A stretch of DNA of 64,000 nt from positions 46,624,001-46,688,000 of the forward strand of contig NW_027266264.1 of the NCBI RefSeq assembly GCF_022045235.1. The letters run 5' to 3'. A program made the position numbers and the translations under genes. Under the pieces are notes generated by a model. It did no database searches. It saw only the letters and a program-made list of their open reading frames with translations, and was not told the DNA's origin. Below are positions 1-11,723 of this stretch, piece by piece. The DNA is from Haliotis cracherodii. Lineage: Eukaryota. Position 1 is the first letter of the stretch. The number at the start of each line of letters is the position of its first letter.

Positions 1-10
1 GGTTATACAT
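1..10 (-). CDS. First codons (MYN...) of a further FoxAB-like copy continuing off the left edge of the window
   Basis: 1-~166 is identical to 7839-~8004 (offset 7838), i.e. the ATG, 5' leader and core promoter of the 6772-7848 gene. Intactness cannot be judged from this window. Confidence 0.7.
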
Positions 11-93
11 GATTCCTGGCTCAATGTGCAGCAGGTGAGAAATGTATTACCTCAGTAGGCAGAGGAATGTTTATCCCCCTCGTCACGGCGAGG

Positions 94-270
94 TTTATAG
101 TCCCTGGCCAGATAATCCCCTCAACACGCGCTTTACAGATCTCAATTGCCTCTAGATTAGGTAGCCTTTGATATGTAAATAACCGTATGTCGTCACTGAT
201 AATGGGCGTCGCTCTAAAACATCTTTCAAAAGTTTTTAGGTACGATTGGTCAAGAGCTATAATCTCGCCG
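94..270 (-). promoter_or_regulatory. FoxAB core promoter (left-edge copy)
   Basis: TATAAA 94-100, TAATCCCC 113-120, CCAAT 245-249, GC-box variant ~263-269; spacing matches the other copies. Confidence 0.6.
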
Positions 271-1140
271 TTCACTTGTGAGTTGCATTACAGTATATGA
301 AATATGTGCTATTATTCGCACGAAAGACGTTACATCCACCAGCGTGTTCATAACGATGACGGAAAGTAATAAAAAAACACTAGATTACAATAAGTGTGTT
401 AATGGTTAAATAGTTGTAGCATGGATTCCTTTCGAAAGGCTTATAGACTTTGGAGATGTCGAAAGAAAAGGCACCTCACATTTAGTATTTATAGAAGTTG
501 GTATACAATATGAACGATCTTGTGACTTCTACTCGACTGTAGAAGTGTCACCATGTTCAGTATATGTATATTGTGGACGAGGAACCGGTTGGTTCAAGTC
601 TAAGTAAAGTTTATGTTCTGTTCTGTTCAGTACATAGCTGACACCAACAATCGTATTGGGTAGACATATTGCTGTTTTCTCAAGGATTGTCACCGAGCTT
701 ATTGATATCCCAACAAACCAAAACCACACTATCAAGGGCTGTCAGTATCGGTCATCACAAATACAACAACAACCTGTCGGTGTTAAAAGCTCAAATGTAG
801 GTGGTTGTATTGGCATTGCTACTGTGTGCAATACTCGAAGATGGGGACGTGCCAAAAATTGCACCATAAGATGATTTTGTTTATGTTGACATTGATTATT
901 AAAAATATATTTGTCTAAGATACTATAAAACCACCACAATAATATACTATATACGTTTCATTATGGGTGCAGATAGAATATGGCTGATTTCGGCGTTAAA
1001 CAACAATGTAAACAATCAACTGTGTATAGTTCAGGCTGCAGACAGAGTATCTCACAGCATAAATATATTAGTGTAAAAGGGGTATATAAAATATACTACC
1101 GGTCACTAGCCATATAAAATATGTTTTCTTAGTTGGAGAA

Positions 1141-1960
1141 TTAAAATGTAGGTTTGGGCTGTGTAATATACATAATATTTATAAAGTAAAATAAGTTTAT
1201 CAGTATTAATAACTCTAGTAAGTTGGAATAGCTAAAACTGACCTTTGCGTATAAACCTTCACGCAAATCATCGTACACAGGGAAATCCAACAATACATGA
1301 CATTCATCCCCAACACTTTCCTGACACTGAAAACACACTCTTTCATTCACATTCATATTCGAATATCTGCCTGTTTCCAACTTCAGATCTAAGAAGGCAG
1401 AGTGGTTTAGAACGAGGCATATGCATACTAACATAACTTTCACACCCATACACATCTTTAAACATTCTATACGTACGTAAGTTATTACCACCCGTTCTTC
1501 CGAGAGGCTTGCGTAACAGTTCATTCCAATCAGTCACATAAAATCCCATGCAGATAACCTGCACACCTGCAAGTACACTTTTCACGCTCACATTCTCTAA
1601 AATATTCAACCCCCATTCGTTCAGCTTTGCCAGTATATCAAACGTACACAAGCATACCGTTCAGACCACATAAAACATTCTTATTTAATCTAAGGAGGTT
1701 CTAGTAAAACGACAATACTGTAACAATACACATCCACTATCTAACTGTCGGAGGAATCCATCCCATATCTCCATTAACAGCAACATTTGGAGCGTATTTA
1801 CCCAATCCTAAAATAAATCTCAAAGCACGATGGTGAACGGCATTTACAGTAGAAATGTCACGATGACCCCAGATAGATGCCCAAAGATTCAAGACTGACC
1901 AAACCATCGTATCGTACAATTTGGAATAAGCAGTGGATTGCATACGTCCGATTGCCTTAG
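1141..1960 (-). mobile_element. Degenerate LINE 3' portion (post-RT region and Cys/His finger)
   Basis: Frameshifted pieces: ASIWG...AVHHRALRFILG, LRTYRMFK, LETGRY...RVCFQC...DECHVLL. Confidence 0.75.
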
Positions 1961-2117
1961 CATTGTAGTCAAAATGTGTGAGTGAGGTTGGTTTAACACG
2001 GCTTTGACACTACACATGCTGTCCATTTACATGGTGCTGTACTAAGTAAACAAATGCTAATAATTACAATCTCAAAATGAGCCATTAAATGACCAAAGTC
2101 ACCATAGGCTGTCTGAA

Positions 2118-2250
2118 AGATGTACACCACACCCTGTAGGATAACCCCTCACCCAAGGGCGTCAGGTGACATATCCGCGGACACCAGTGTCTTCCCCGGG
2201 TCTATGTCCTGTAGCTATAGAAGTAAGCACTAGGGTCAATATTGATTCAG
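2118..2250. promoter_or_regulatory. Paralog-conserved upstream element CNE1 (ends in TCAATATTGA palindrome)
   Basis: Related copies at ~9388-9517, 13438-13530, 44090-44180, 50060-50170 (degenerate) and 63348-63500. Confidence 0.5.
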
Positions 2251-2469
2251 ACCCGTACATGCTTACGAAATATGCAGATATTTCAGTTTATTCACGAAAT
2301 GCACATATCTACACATATCGACACATATGCACAATGTATAATTAACATATTCGAGGTTATAAAACCCAAATTAAACTATACGATTATAGTGTCAAAAGTA
2401 AAATTATATAAATTATAAATTCTCTTATCGATCGGGTACAATATTTTGCTTGATGCTTTGACAGATACA

Positions 2470-2831
2470 GATATCAATAACATGCTGTGATTAATGGCAC
2501 TGAAAGAACAAGCCATGCGTTGCAAGGAGTTCCAGTATTCCAAAAGATCAAAGAAGCAGGACTAAACATGCAAATGTAAATGTGCGACAAAATAAGTCAC
2601 CCACTTAGGGCATATTTTCAGCAAAGATGGCATCCATGCCAATATACTTCAAAAATAGATTCAGTCACAGAGATCCCACCCTCTAAAAATGTCCATGACG
2701 TGTGTCACTTCTTAGATTTGGTCTCGTATGATCACAAATTTGTAACACAAATTCTGGTATCGCCTCCCCCTCTATACAATCTTCTGAAAAAAGACGCATC
2801 TCTCAAATTGTGGCAAATTAGGGCAACTTGA
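2470..2831 (+). mobile_element. Gypsy-type LTR retrotransposon pol remnant
   Basis: KIDSVTEIPPSKNVHDVCHFLDLVSYDHKF...PLYNLLKKD resembles the RT-RNaseH linker. Confidence 0.65.
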
Positions 2832-3196
2832 TTCTCATGGCGTAACTTGGAGTGATGTTGTTAAACCGCGTCTTTTGACCATACAAGAATCTTCCTGTTC
2901 TGATTTTTAGGAACAAACAATGTTGACTGGTAACGTTTCGTTTTCGTCAGTTTTCAAGGAAGGGTATATGGTGCTTTATGATCATTTCCCATCACAGTCA
3001 ACAACTGTTATGGCCTGATGAAATGGAAGGTTTGAAATGATTATTAATAAATAAAGGTTACAGGCCTACTGTCTCTCTGTCAAAAACACTGTATTGATCA
3101 GGATGTCCATATTGTGATCCAGATGGAGGCTGAGTTTTTTTTATTGAAATAAAATTAAGAACCCCCCCCCCTCCCCCAGAAATGACACAATCAAAT

Positions 3197-3342
3197 GACA
3201 CAAGTAATCGTAATGGGGAGACTTAATGGTGCGTTAAATAAGTTGTCTCTACACTCACAGACATCACAACAAATCAACACCATGCTCTGTCACATTGTCA
3301 GCACATGTAACAGCAGTAACAACATCCAATCTGTGTCAGTAG
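3197..3342. promoter_or_regulatory. Paralog-conserved upstream element CNE2 (GTAATCGT..GGGGAGAC..TTGTCTCTACAC..CATCACAAC..TCTGTGTCAG)
   Basis: Copies at ~10939-11081, 38537-38680, 44770-44902, 50592-50707, 51037-51183 and 63783-63910, all in the same orientation. Confidence 0.55.
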
Positions 3343-3789
3343 CAGTGGATGTGCGGAATATTATTCTGGGATAGTAAAGGTATACAATCTTAGAGGATAG
3401 TAGTTTTAATGCTGAACAAAAATGACTGACTAAGCTGGCAAAATAGAAATGAATTCCCTGACTGAATGCCATCATATTTTTCTTTAAACAAGAATACGTG
3501 TTCTTTTCTTTAATTAAGAAGACATGTACATGGTTATGCTACATATGAATACACTTGATATGTTACTAAATACTGAAAGTTTATTAGAACACAGAAAGCT
3601 AGCACAATTTGTAAAATTAAAAGTAGTATGTAGTATATACTGTATGTATAAAATGTAGTGTTACACACGCCTTTGTGTCACTACTTTACATCTGTCCATA
3701 AGTATGTTGTCATTAGAGTGTGGTTACAATGCTAGAGTGGTCAGAAGCAGGGTGGGGCGAATTTGATGACTACATGAGTGACCGAGTCA

Positions 3790-4070
3790 CTCAACCCTGG
3801 ATTGGAGCTTGTGATGCGAAGCTAGGCCGCTACCAATTTTGGTTTGATCAAATAGAGATTATCATTTGTCGGTTTCCTGTTTGCTTAGCTTCCTAATTTA
3901 CCTGAAAGGAACAACCCGTTTTGTTTAGCTACCAAAGACTAAACTTATCCGATCTTCAGAATTGACTTACCTCCGGATCAGAGGATGAAGGTAAGTTAGA
4001 TGGCGACAGAGGCGGACGATACTGCGCGCGACAGACATTCAAATTCAATTTCACAGAAGGCCGACTTAAT
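3790..4070. promoter_or_regulatory. Paralog-conserved upstream element CNE3 (TTT(G/T)ATCAAATA.AGATTA ... GTAAGT.AGATGGCGAC ... CACAGAAG)
   Basis: Copies at ~4590-4885, 11450-11745, 12675-12745 (partial), 45305-45620 and 51705-52020. Confidence 0.55.
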
Positions 4071-4240
4071 AACGATATATATTTATACCCATCCACCCAA
4101 GGGTTGCCCAAAAGATTACCTTGTCCAAACTTAGCATTGGTTCACCGAATATTCTAATCAATTATCCTTTATTTTCATTAGAAGTACATCATTGATGTAT
4201 GAAATATGTAGAACTGTGTGGTTGTTGTTTTTTGTTTTAA

Positions 4241-4885
4241 GATAACAACACATAAATAAATCGTACTTATTATCAAATAGAAGAAAATGCCTTTCTCACA
4301 TCACTTTTCTTTAAAAAATAATGGCATATTCTTACATTCTTAAAGTGTTTTTTTTTTATTTCTTCACGTAACACGTGCTTAGTATACATACTATTACACA
4401 CGTCAGTACTTTACTTATTTCCATGTACACGCCTTAAGCATGTTGTCATTAGAGTGACAAAACAAGTGGTTACAATGTTAACATGCTGTTTTGATGTCAG
4501 TAGCAGGATGAGACTGTCTGTTTCTCCACCTCAAGATTTTACCTGACGATGTCGGCATATTTGATGTTTCTATAAGGTAACAAGATTCAATCAACCCTGG
4601 ATTAGGGCTTGTGGGGTTAAGCAATTGTGGTTTGATCAAATACAGATTACCATTTGTCGGTTTCCTGTTTGCTTAGCTTCCTAATTTACCGGTAATGAAC
4701 AACCAGCTTTATTAAGCAAGCAAATGACGAACATTATCCGATCTTGTGAATTGGCTTACCAGAAACCGCTTATCTCCCTTTACCATTCTCCCGTCAGTGG
4801 ATGAATGTAAGTAAGATGGCGACAGAGTGGACTTTACTGCACGCGACAGACATTCAAATCCAATTTCACAGAAGGCCGACTTAAT
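4241..4885. repeat. Near-identical duplicate of 11104-11745 (includes CNE3)
   Basis: About 640 bp of very high identity by direct comparison. Confidence 0.9.
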
Positions 4886-6771
4886 ACCTTTTAATATGCA
4901 TATTATATATATACATATATATATATATTTATAAGGGGTATGTAACAAAACGAAAACAACCACATAGTTCTACATGTCTACCTTCATGTCATCTTGTCAT
5001 GTGCTTTATTTCATACATAAATGATGTAGTTCTAATGAAATTATAGGGTAATTGATTGGAACATCTTAACGTTGTTTTGTGTGTTGTTTTACATCATTCA
5101 CAACGCACGTGTGTGAATCTCATCTTGTCAAAGCCTTGGTTCATACCAGATTGATTTGATGAGCATGTGGATGCTTTTGAAGATATATTTTCACGATCAT
5201 TAGGTCTAGAGCCAATTTACACTTAATACTACATGGAATCAAGGTTATCATTTTACATTTATGATCACTATTCCAATATCCCCCACGACCTTCCCCAGGC
5301 GCCTGATAATTCTGATATTAATGTTCATAAGCGTACTCACCTTCTCTCAAACTTATTATTTTATACACAAATTGTTTATTCTGCACAGTCACACATTGCA
5401 TCGTAATCAAGGCAAATCTGGGATTCGAACCCACATCACACTATGTCACTCCATTGACACAGGCCCACATCCACGAGCTGAGACATTGATTATGTTTGTT
5501 GCTTCTGCTGGTGTAAACCAATGTGCATGTTTGTGTATAATCGGTTACATGCCTTTGGGTAAAAGTTTAAGAATAATAGCAATAATGTTCTTACTGGAAG
5601 AATGGCTAATGTTCACAGGTGTCCACAATGCTAGAAATTCCGCCTGTGTCCGGCTTCTGATGGGTTGGATTTAAGATGGGTACGAGGTGACAAACGTGTT
5701 TTCAACTTATGTTACTTAATTACCTTAATCCAATTTAAACAAATGCAAAAATACACGATGAGTCTAAACTATGATCAATTCATAAAAGGGGTTAATTACC
5801 GATAGTTCTTTTTCTGTCCTGGCATGTTCACAAGCATGTATAAGTGGATCGGTTTAATATTTAGGAAATAAGCATTTTGTGTTTTAGCGTAGAGTTGGTT
5901 AACTGTAGATATAACCATGCAAAATTGAATTCTGAATAAAAGGAGATCACATTGAAAAGGCAAAATGGTTCGAAACAAGACATGACATTGTTTCCTTTGA
6001 ATTCTTATTTGTATTCACCAAAAGCTTGCAGGTGTCACTATAGGGTGTATGTAATAGATATAGTACTGACACAACTTCTCTGTCTATATCAGCGCGCAAG
6101 CAGATACTCGAGTTCTACAAACTATAACGTGACTGCAGATCGTACAAACTCCACCATCACATTCGGAGCAGATTGCACGATTTCATGTAAACTGTCCGGT
6201 TCATGCAGTTACGTTTGTTGTTGAAGGCCTGAATTTTGAATGTATACGTTTCACGAAGCTGGAGAGTTTCACGCCTTTATAAACTGTTTACTTTCGAATA
6301 CTTTATCAGTGTAAAATGTACTCCATCATCACAAAACAGTGACTATCCATTGGACAAAAGTATTTGCCTGTGCTATAAGGGATACTTGTAGCTGAATCGG
6401 CTTGTACACCGCAAGGCAGCAGGTCTCGGGGTGCACACGACAGAGGTGTATAAAATACAAATGTACAAATAAGTCTTGTTAATTTCATTTATTATATTTC
6501 TATATTTAGTTCACGTTGTACATTATGTAACCATAAGTATTTTACCTGAACGCAACATATTGTTACTGTAAGGCAATATATACCGTATGTTTTCAGTTAA
6601 ATACACACAATACATATTTGACAATACAGATATGATATTGTCAGTAGTATTGCCATCATATTCAAAGCCACGAATTGTTTGTCATGCACCAGATGTTGAA
6701 TCAACTTATATTCCTATATAGCACTTGTGTATATCAGTCTTCATTATCGCACCAGCAGGGGTGTATCCACA

Positions 6772-7848
6772 CTAAGCATGGTATGATCTCGTGGACCTTG
6801 TGCCCCAACTCTGACTGATGTCGTTTGAAGAATCAGTCATTGACTGTTGTATGTTTGGATACAGGTAGTTGCAGGAAGGGTCAGGTATGCTTAAACTGGG
6901 TGAGGGAACTTGTGGCGCGTATGTTCCGGCCAGTGGAGAGCTTCCCGGGGGAGAGCTGGAGAGAGGGGAACCGGTCAGAGAACTGATGATACTTCTGGTG
7001 TTGTAGTAGCCGGCTGTAGGAGGAGAGTAGCCTGTAGGAGATCCCATGGTCCAGATACAGGGGTCCGGTTTGCCTATTGTGCTGTAGGGGTGTGTCTGGG
7101 TCAGTCCCGGGGGTAAGGAGCCGTGACTCAGGGGGTTGAAGCTTGTGTAAGGAGATGGACCCCCATACAATCCCAATAACTGTCCGTAAGGACTGGCAGG
7201 ATGGAATGAAGGATCTTCTCGACGTTGCTTTTGTGCGGACTTGAAACGCTTAGAACGACGAAGGAAACTGCCGTTACCAAACATGTCCCCACAAGATGGA
7301 TGCAGAGCCCACAGGTTACCCTTGCCTGGTTTCCCCGGGGGTCGGGGCACCTTGACGAAACAGTCATTGAGGGAGAGGTTGTGTCTGATGGAGTTTTGCC
7401 ATCTCCGTTGGTTGTCTTCGTAGTATGGGAATCTCTTGACGATGTAGTTGTAGATGTCTTTGAGAGTCATCATGCCTGTTGTAGAACTCTCGACGGCCAT
7501 GGTGATGAGAGCCACATAGGAATAGGGAGGCTTCTTGTTGGAAAATCGTCTGTCTTGTTGTGAGAGGGTGGATGTTCCCGAGAAACCGTCCCCTTCTCCG
7601 TTCGAGGATACCGATGAGGTAGGAGACGGAAGAATGTTGTCATAATTTGGAGATCCTTGTTGCGTGTGACCTGATCCATGTGTGATCAGGGATCTGACGT
7701 CTTCTCCCTCAGTAGCTCCAGATGTCTGAGACACGACTGGGACGGAGTGTTGTGAAGATATGGAGTGATCAGATGGAAGAGGTGTCATCTGCTGTCCCAT
7801 GAAGGGAGATGTACCTGGGACATACTGGAACATGAATGGGTTATACAT
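6772..7848 (-). CDS. foxAB: Forkhead transcription factor, FoxAB-like (copy A), intronless, 358 aa
   Basis: Full forkhead domain (~7240-7536) [24 protein letters not shown]...[58 protein letters not shown]. The GMMTL, KGNxWALHP and [16 protein letters not shown] residues fit FoxAB better than FoxA or FoxB as I recall those families. Minus-strand AATAAA at ~6488-6493. Confidence 0.85.
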   Translation of the reverse strand: MYNPFMFQYVPGTSPFMGQQMTPLPSDHSISSQHSVPVVSQTSGATEGEDVRSLITHGSGHTQQGSPNYDNILPSPTSSVSSNGEGDGFSGTSTLSQQDRRFSNKKPPYSYVALITMAVESSTTGMMTLKDIYNYIVKRFPYYEDNQRRWQNSIRHNLSLNDCFVKVPRPPGKPGKGNLWALHPSCGDMFGNGSFLRRSKRFKSAQKQRREDPSFHPASPYGQLLGLYGGPSPYTSFNPLSHGSLPPGLTQTHPYSTIGKPDPCIWTMGSPTGYSPPTAGYYNTRSIISSLTGSPLSSSPPGSSPLAGTYAPQVPSPSLSIPDPSCNYLYPNIQQSMTDSSNDISQSWGTRSTRSYHA

Positions 7849-7931
7849 GATTCCTGGCTCAATGTGCAGCAGGTGAGAAATGTATTACCTCAGTAGGCAG
7901 AGGAATGTTTATCCCCCTCGTCACGGCGAGG

Positions 7932-8104
7932 TTTATAGTCCCTGGCCAGATAATCCCCTCAACACGCGCTTTACAGATCTCAATTGCCTCTAGATTAGGT
8001 AGCCATTGATATGTTAATTGGATTGGCATAGGTAATGGGTGTTTCCCCTTAAACATAATTAGACACTGTCAGTCACTATTGGCCAGGACAATAACCCCGC
8101 CTCC
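7932..8104 (-). promoter_or_regulatory. FoxAB copy A core promoter
   Basis: TATAAA 7932-7938, TAATCCCC 7951-7958, CCAAT 8078-8082, GGCGGGG 8095-8101. Confidence 0.65.
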
Positions 8105-8896
8105 AGGTAGCAATGCTTTGTTACTGCCTTGAGACCTCCATGTTACATGAAGATGACACAATCATAAGTAGGTTTGTAATGCTCATATCAACTGTACACT
8201 CATACAAAAGCCCTGTTCAAGCATAATGGTGCTGAAAAATGCGAGCGAATGTTATTTTAGTATGATAGTAGGTATATAACCTCAAACTTGAATATGGAAG
8301 TGATGTCCAATATAACTGGCAATCGTAGCGGGGTATTGTTGCTTTGCAAGACGCATATGTGAATGTGGCCGTAAGGAATGGCTCAAGCCGCAGCAGCTGC
8401 AATTACGTACTACAGATTGTTATAAGACTTATCCCACCCCCGACCCCCGACGTTATTTGTACTAGATATTTTTAAAAGTTATTTTTTAACCTTGTATTTA
8501 ATATTGAGTATACATGACTGGAGTCTCGTAGACTTTAATGACCGGATATGCAATACACATATTGTAATATGTTTTATTGTGTTCTATCACTGTGCAGTAT
8601 GTGACACTATGCAATATGTGGTAATCCTTATTATCTTCTTCTTCAATGTTAAACATGTGATTTGGCCACAGATAGGGGCAATGCTTCAGAACTACTTCAT
8701 ACTGCCGACTGTTCCGCTCTCATTCGCTGACTAGCTTAAAATTTAGTTGAACGCTGATAGAGTGGTCCCAGACGAAGAGTCCAAGATATTTCATCGCTAC
8801 GGAGAATGTCATGGTTTCTTCCACGATTTAAATTTGATGGCATATACTGATCAAAGGATTTACTGGAGGCATGTGTTTGAATTCTCTATATACTAG

Positions 8897-9058
8897 GAGC
8901 GAGTGAGTTGTATTTTAAGCAGCCTTTAGCAATATAGCAATATCGCGGCGGGGGACAACAGCAATGGGCTTCACACATTGTACCCATGTGGAGAATTGAA
9001 CCAGGGCATGCGACGTGACGAGTGATCACTTTAACTACTGGGCTACCCCACCGCCCCC
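8897..9058 (-). mobile_element. Short tRNA-derived SINE (family 3)
   Basis: GGGGCGGTGGGGTAGCC head, B-box-like GGTTCAATTC, (CACT)n-like tail; related copies at 10520-10683, 29972-30138, 35682-35780 and 45922-46080. Confidence 0.75.
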
Positions 9059-9582
9059 TGGGACAATAACCAGAGATTGTTTTTCAGATTGTTTAATGCA
9101 AACGCTAACACTTCACTCAGTGACAGCTTTAATAAATATAAAACATATTCATCAAATATAGCAATAAATATATATTTGCAATGAAACAACTCTTCATATT
9201 GCCTCCAAACTGTATTTCACAAGTAATTTCCGGAACCTTAATTCCCGATTTGCAAATACACAATAAATAAGCGTTCATGTTTAAATGACACTTCACAATA
9301 AAACCTGAAGAAGCAAGTTAGTTGCAGTAGTAATGAAACGTTAATTGCATGCTCAGCTAATGAAATGTCACTATAGGTTGCTTTAATGATGTACATCACA
9401 CCCTGTATCGAAATCCTCACCCAGGGGCGTCGGGTAAAATACCGTCGGATTCTAATGTCCCCCTGGGCCTATCGCTTGTGTTCTTTTTGGAGTAAATACC
9501 AGGGTCAATATTGAATCATGTATACCAACTTCATGACATGCTTTTCAGCATGGTGGAAATGCGTTTTGTATCATTTAAGTTA

Positions 9583-9990
9583 CGTAATACGAACATCTTG
9601 TAGACGTAATACGAATATCTTATAGACGTAATACGTACATCTTATTGGCGTAATACGAACAGCCTAAAGCCGTCATACGAACATCTTATAGGCGTGATAC
9701 GAACATATTATAGGCGTACTACGAACATCTTATTGGCGTAATACGAACATCTTGTAGACGTAATACAAATATATGATAAGCGTAATACGATCATCTTATA
9801 GGCGTGATACAAACATCTTATAGGCGTAATACGAACATCTTATAGGCGTAATACGAACATCTTAAAGCAGTAATACGAACATCTTATAGGCGTAATACGA
9901 ACATCTTATAGACGTAATACGAACATCTTATGGACGTAATACGAACATTTTATAGACGTAATACGAACATTTTATAGACAGAATACGATC
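9583..9990. repeat. 22-bp minisatellite (GTAATACGAACATCTTATAGGC)n, about 18 copies
   Basis: Direct reading. Confidence 0.95.
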
Positions 9991-10519
9991 GTCTTGAATC
10001 CACATCCACGACCTACAAATTAATGCACCAGTTGTTCGTAGGTGTATGATTATGATCAGTTTACCCATCTGTGGTGTTCCATAACAATGCATCCACAACG
10101 GATGCCAAGATACAGCATATATTCAACATATCTATTTTTTCTCAGCATATGACAATATTTTCGCACCTGCAGTGCAAATGGTTGACACCAGATTATCAAC
10201 CATAGTAAATATTACAACATCGATATTGTCTTAATTTTGTCTCTGACTAGTATCATAATCACTTTTGACAACATAGAGGTGGTTCAACATGATTATCATC
10301 AACAAATAGGTTGTTCATGGTCCTCAACACTACATATATGAATGCATCTATTACAAGCTTGTATTATGTAGTTAAATATTGAATTGCTTTCGTCGTATCC
10401 AAATACTTATGAATATTCAGTGAAATATATTGTTTGTCACTGACATGATTATTTAGGAATTGCTCCATGTCCTTCCACAGATTTGTAAGAAATTTGCATT
10501 CCTAAAAGGTGAGTGGTAG

Positions 10520-10683
10520 AATGTGTAGCATAGTGGTAAAGGCTTTCGTTTGTCACGCCAAGGACTTGGGTTCGATTAGGGTTCAATGCGTGAGGCCGAT
10601 TTTATGGTGTAACCACTGATTAACCTTGATATTGCTGGAATATTGCTAAAAGCGACGCAAACCACACCCACTCAGTCACTATT
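10520..10683 (+). mobile_element. Short tRNA-derived SINE (family 3)
   Basis: TAGCATAGTGGT A box, GGTTCGATT B box, shared tail. Confidence 0.7.
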
Positions 10684-11723
10684 CATTATAATGTAATGCG
10701 TACTTTAATTTGTCAGACAGAGCCAATAACAAGTCCACTTTATTGTTCTTGTGGCCACTGACATGGGCAAACCATGCATTCATAGCCAGACTGGCAATCC
10801 TATTGATTTTTTAGTGAAACACTTGACCCAGCATATAATACACAATAACATAAATTGTCCTTTTGGACAAATTTCTGACATCCTGACAAAATCACCACCA
10901 AAAACAGGGAAACATTTAAGCATATCTCAGGATAAGCTGACACAAGTAATCGTAACGGTGAGACTTAATGGTGCGTTAAATGAGTTGTCTCTACACTCAC
11001 AGACATCACAACAAATCAACACCATGCTCTGTCACATTGTCAGCACATGTAACAGCAGTAACAACATCCAATCTGTGTCAGAAGCTAACGATATCGTCCT
11101 GCGATAACAACAGATAAAAATAATCGTACTTATTATCAAATAGAAGAAAATGCCTTTCTCACATTACTTTCCTTTAAAAAATAATGGCATATTCTTACAT
11201 TCTTAAAGTGTTTTTTTTTATTTCTTCACGTAACACGTGCTTAGTATACATACTATTACACACGCCAGTTCTTTACTTATTTCCATGTACACGCCTTAAG
11301 CATGTTGTCATTAGAGTGACAAAACAAGTGGTTACAATGTTAACATGCTGTTTTGATGTCAGTAGCAGGATGGGACTGTCTGTTTCTCCACCTCAAGATT
11401 TTACCTGACGATGTCGGCGTAATTGATGTTTCTATAAGGTAACAAGATTCAATCAACCCTGGATTAGGGCTTGTGGGGTTAAGCAATTGTGGTTTGATCA
11501 AATACAGATTACCATTTGTCGGCTTCGTATTTGCTTAGTCTCCTAATTTACAAGTAATGAACAACCAGCTTTATTAAGCAAGCAAATGACGAACATTATC
11601 CGATCTTGTGAATTGGCTTACCAGAAACCGCTTATCTCCCTTTACCATCCTCCCGTCAGAGGATGAATGTAAGTAAGATGGCGACAGAGCGGACTTTACT
11701 GCACGCGACAGACATTCAAATCC

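Noticed and set aside
6910-7679. Recurrent antisense and alternate-frame ORFs over the Fox genes
   Set aside because: These are shadows of the homogenised GC-rich coding sequence.
7859-8056. Duplicated small ORF (also 21-275) upstream of FoxAB
   Set aside because: It spans the TATA box and promoter; the shared peptide only reflects DNA identity of the promoter tract.
9583-9990. Regularly spaced short repeats resembling a CRISPR array (also 58890-59575 and 34636-35190)
   Set aside because: Head-to-tail tandem units with no unique spacers, no cas genes, and a eukaryotic context.
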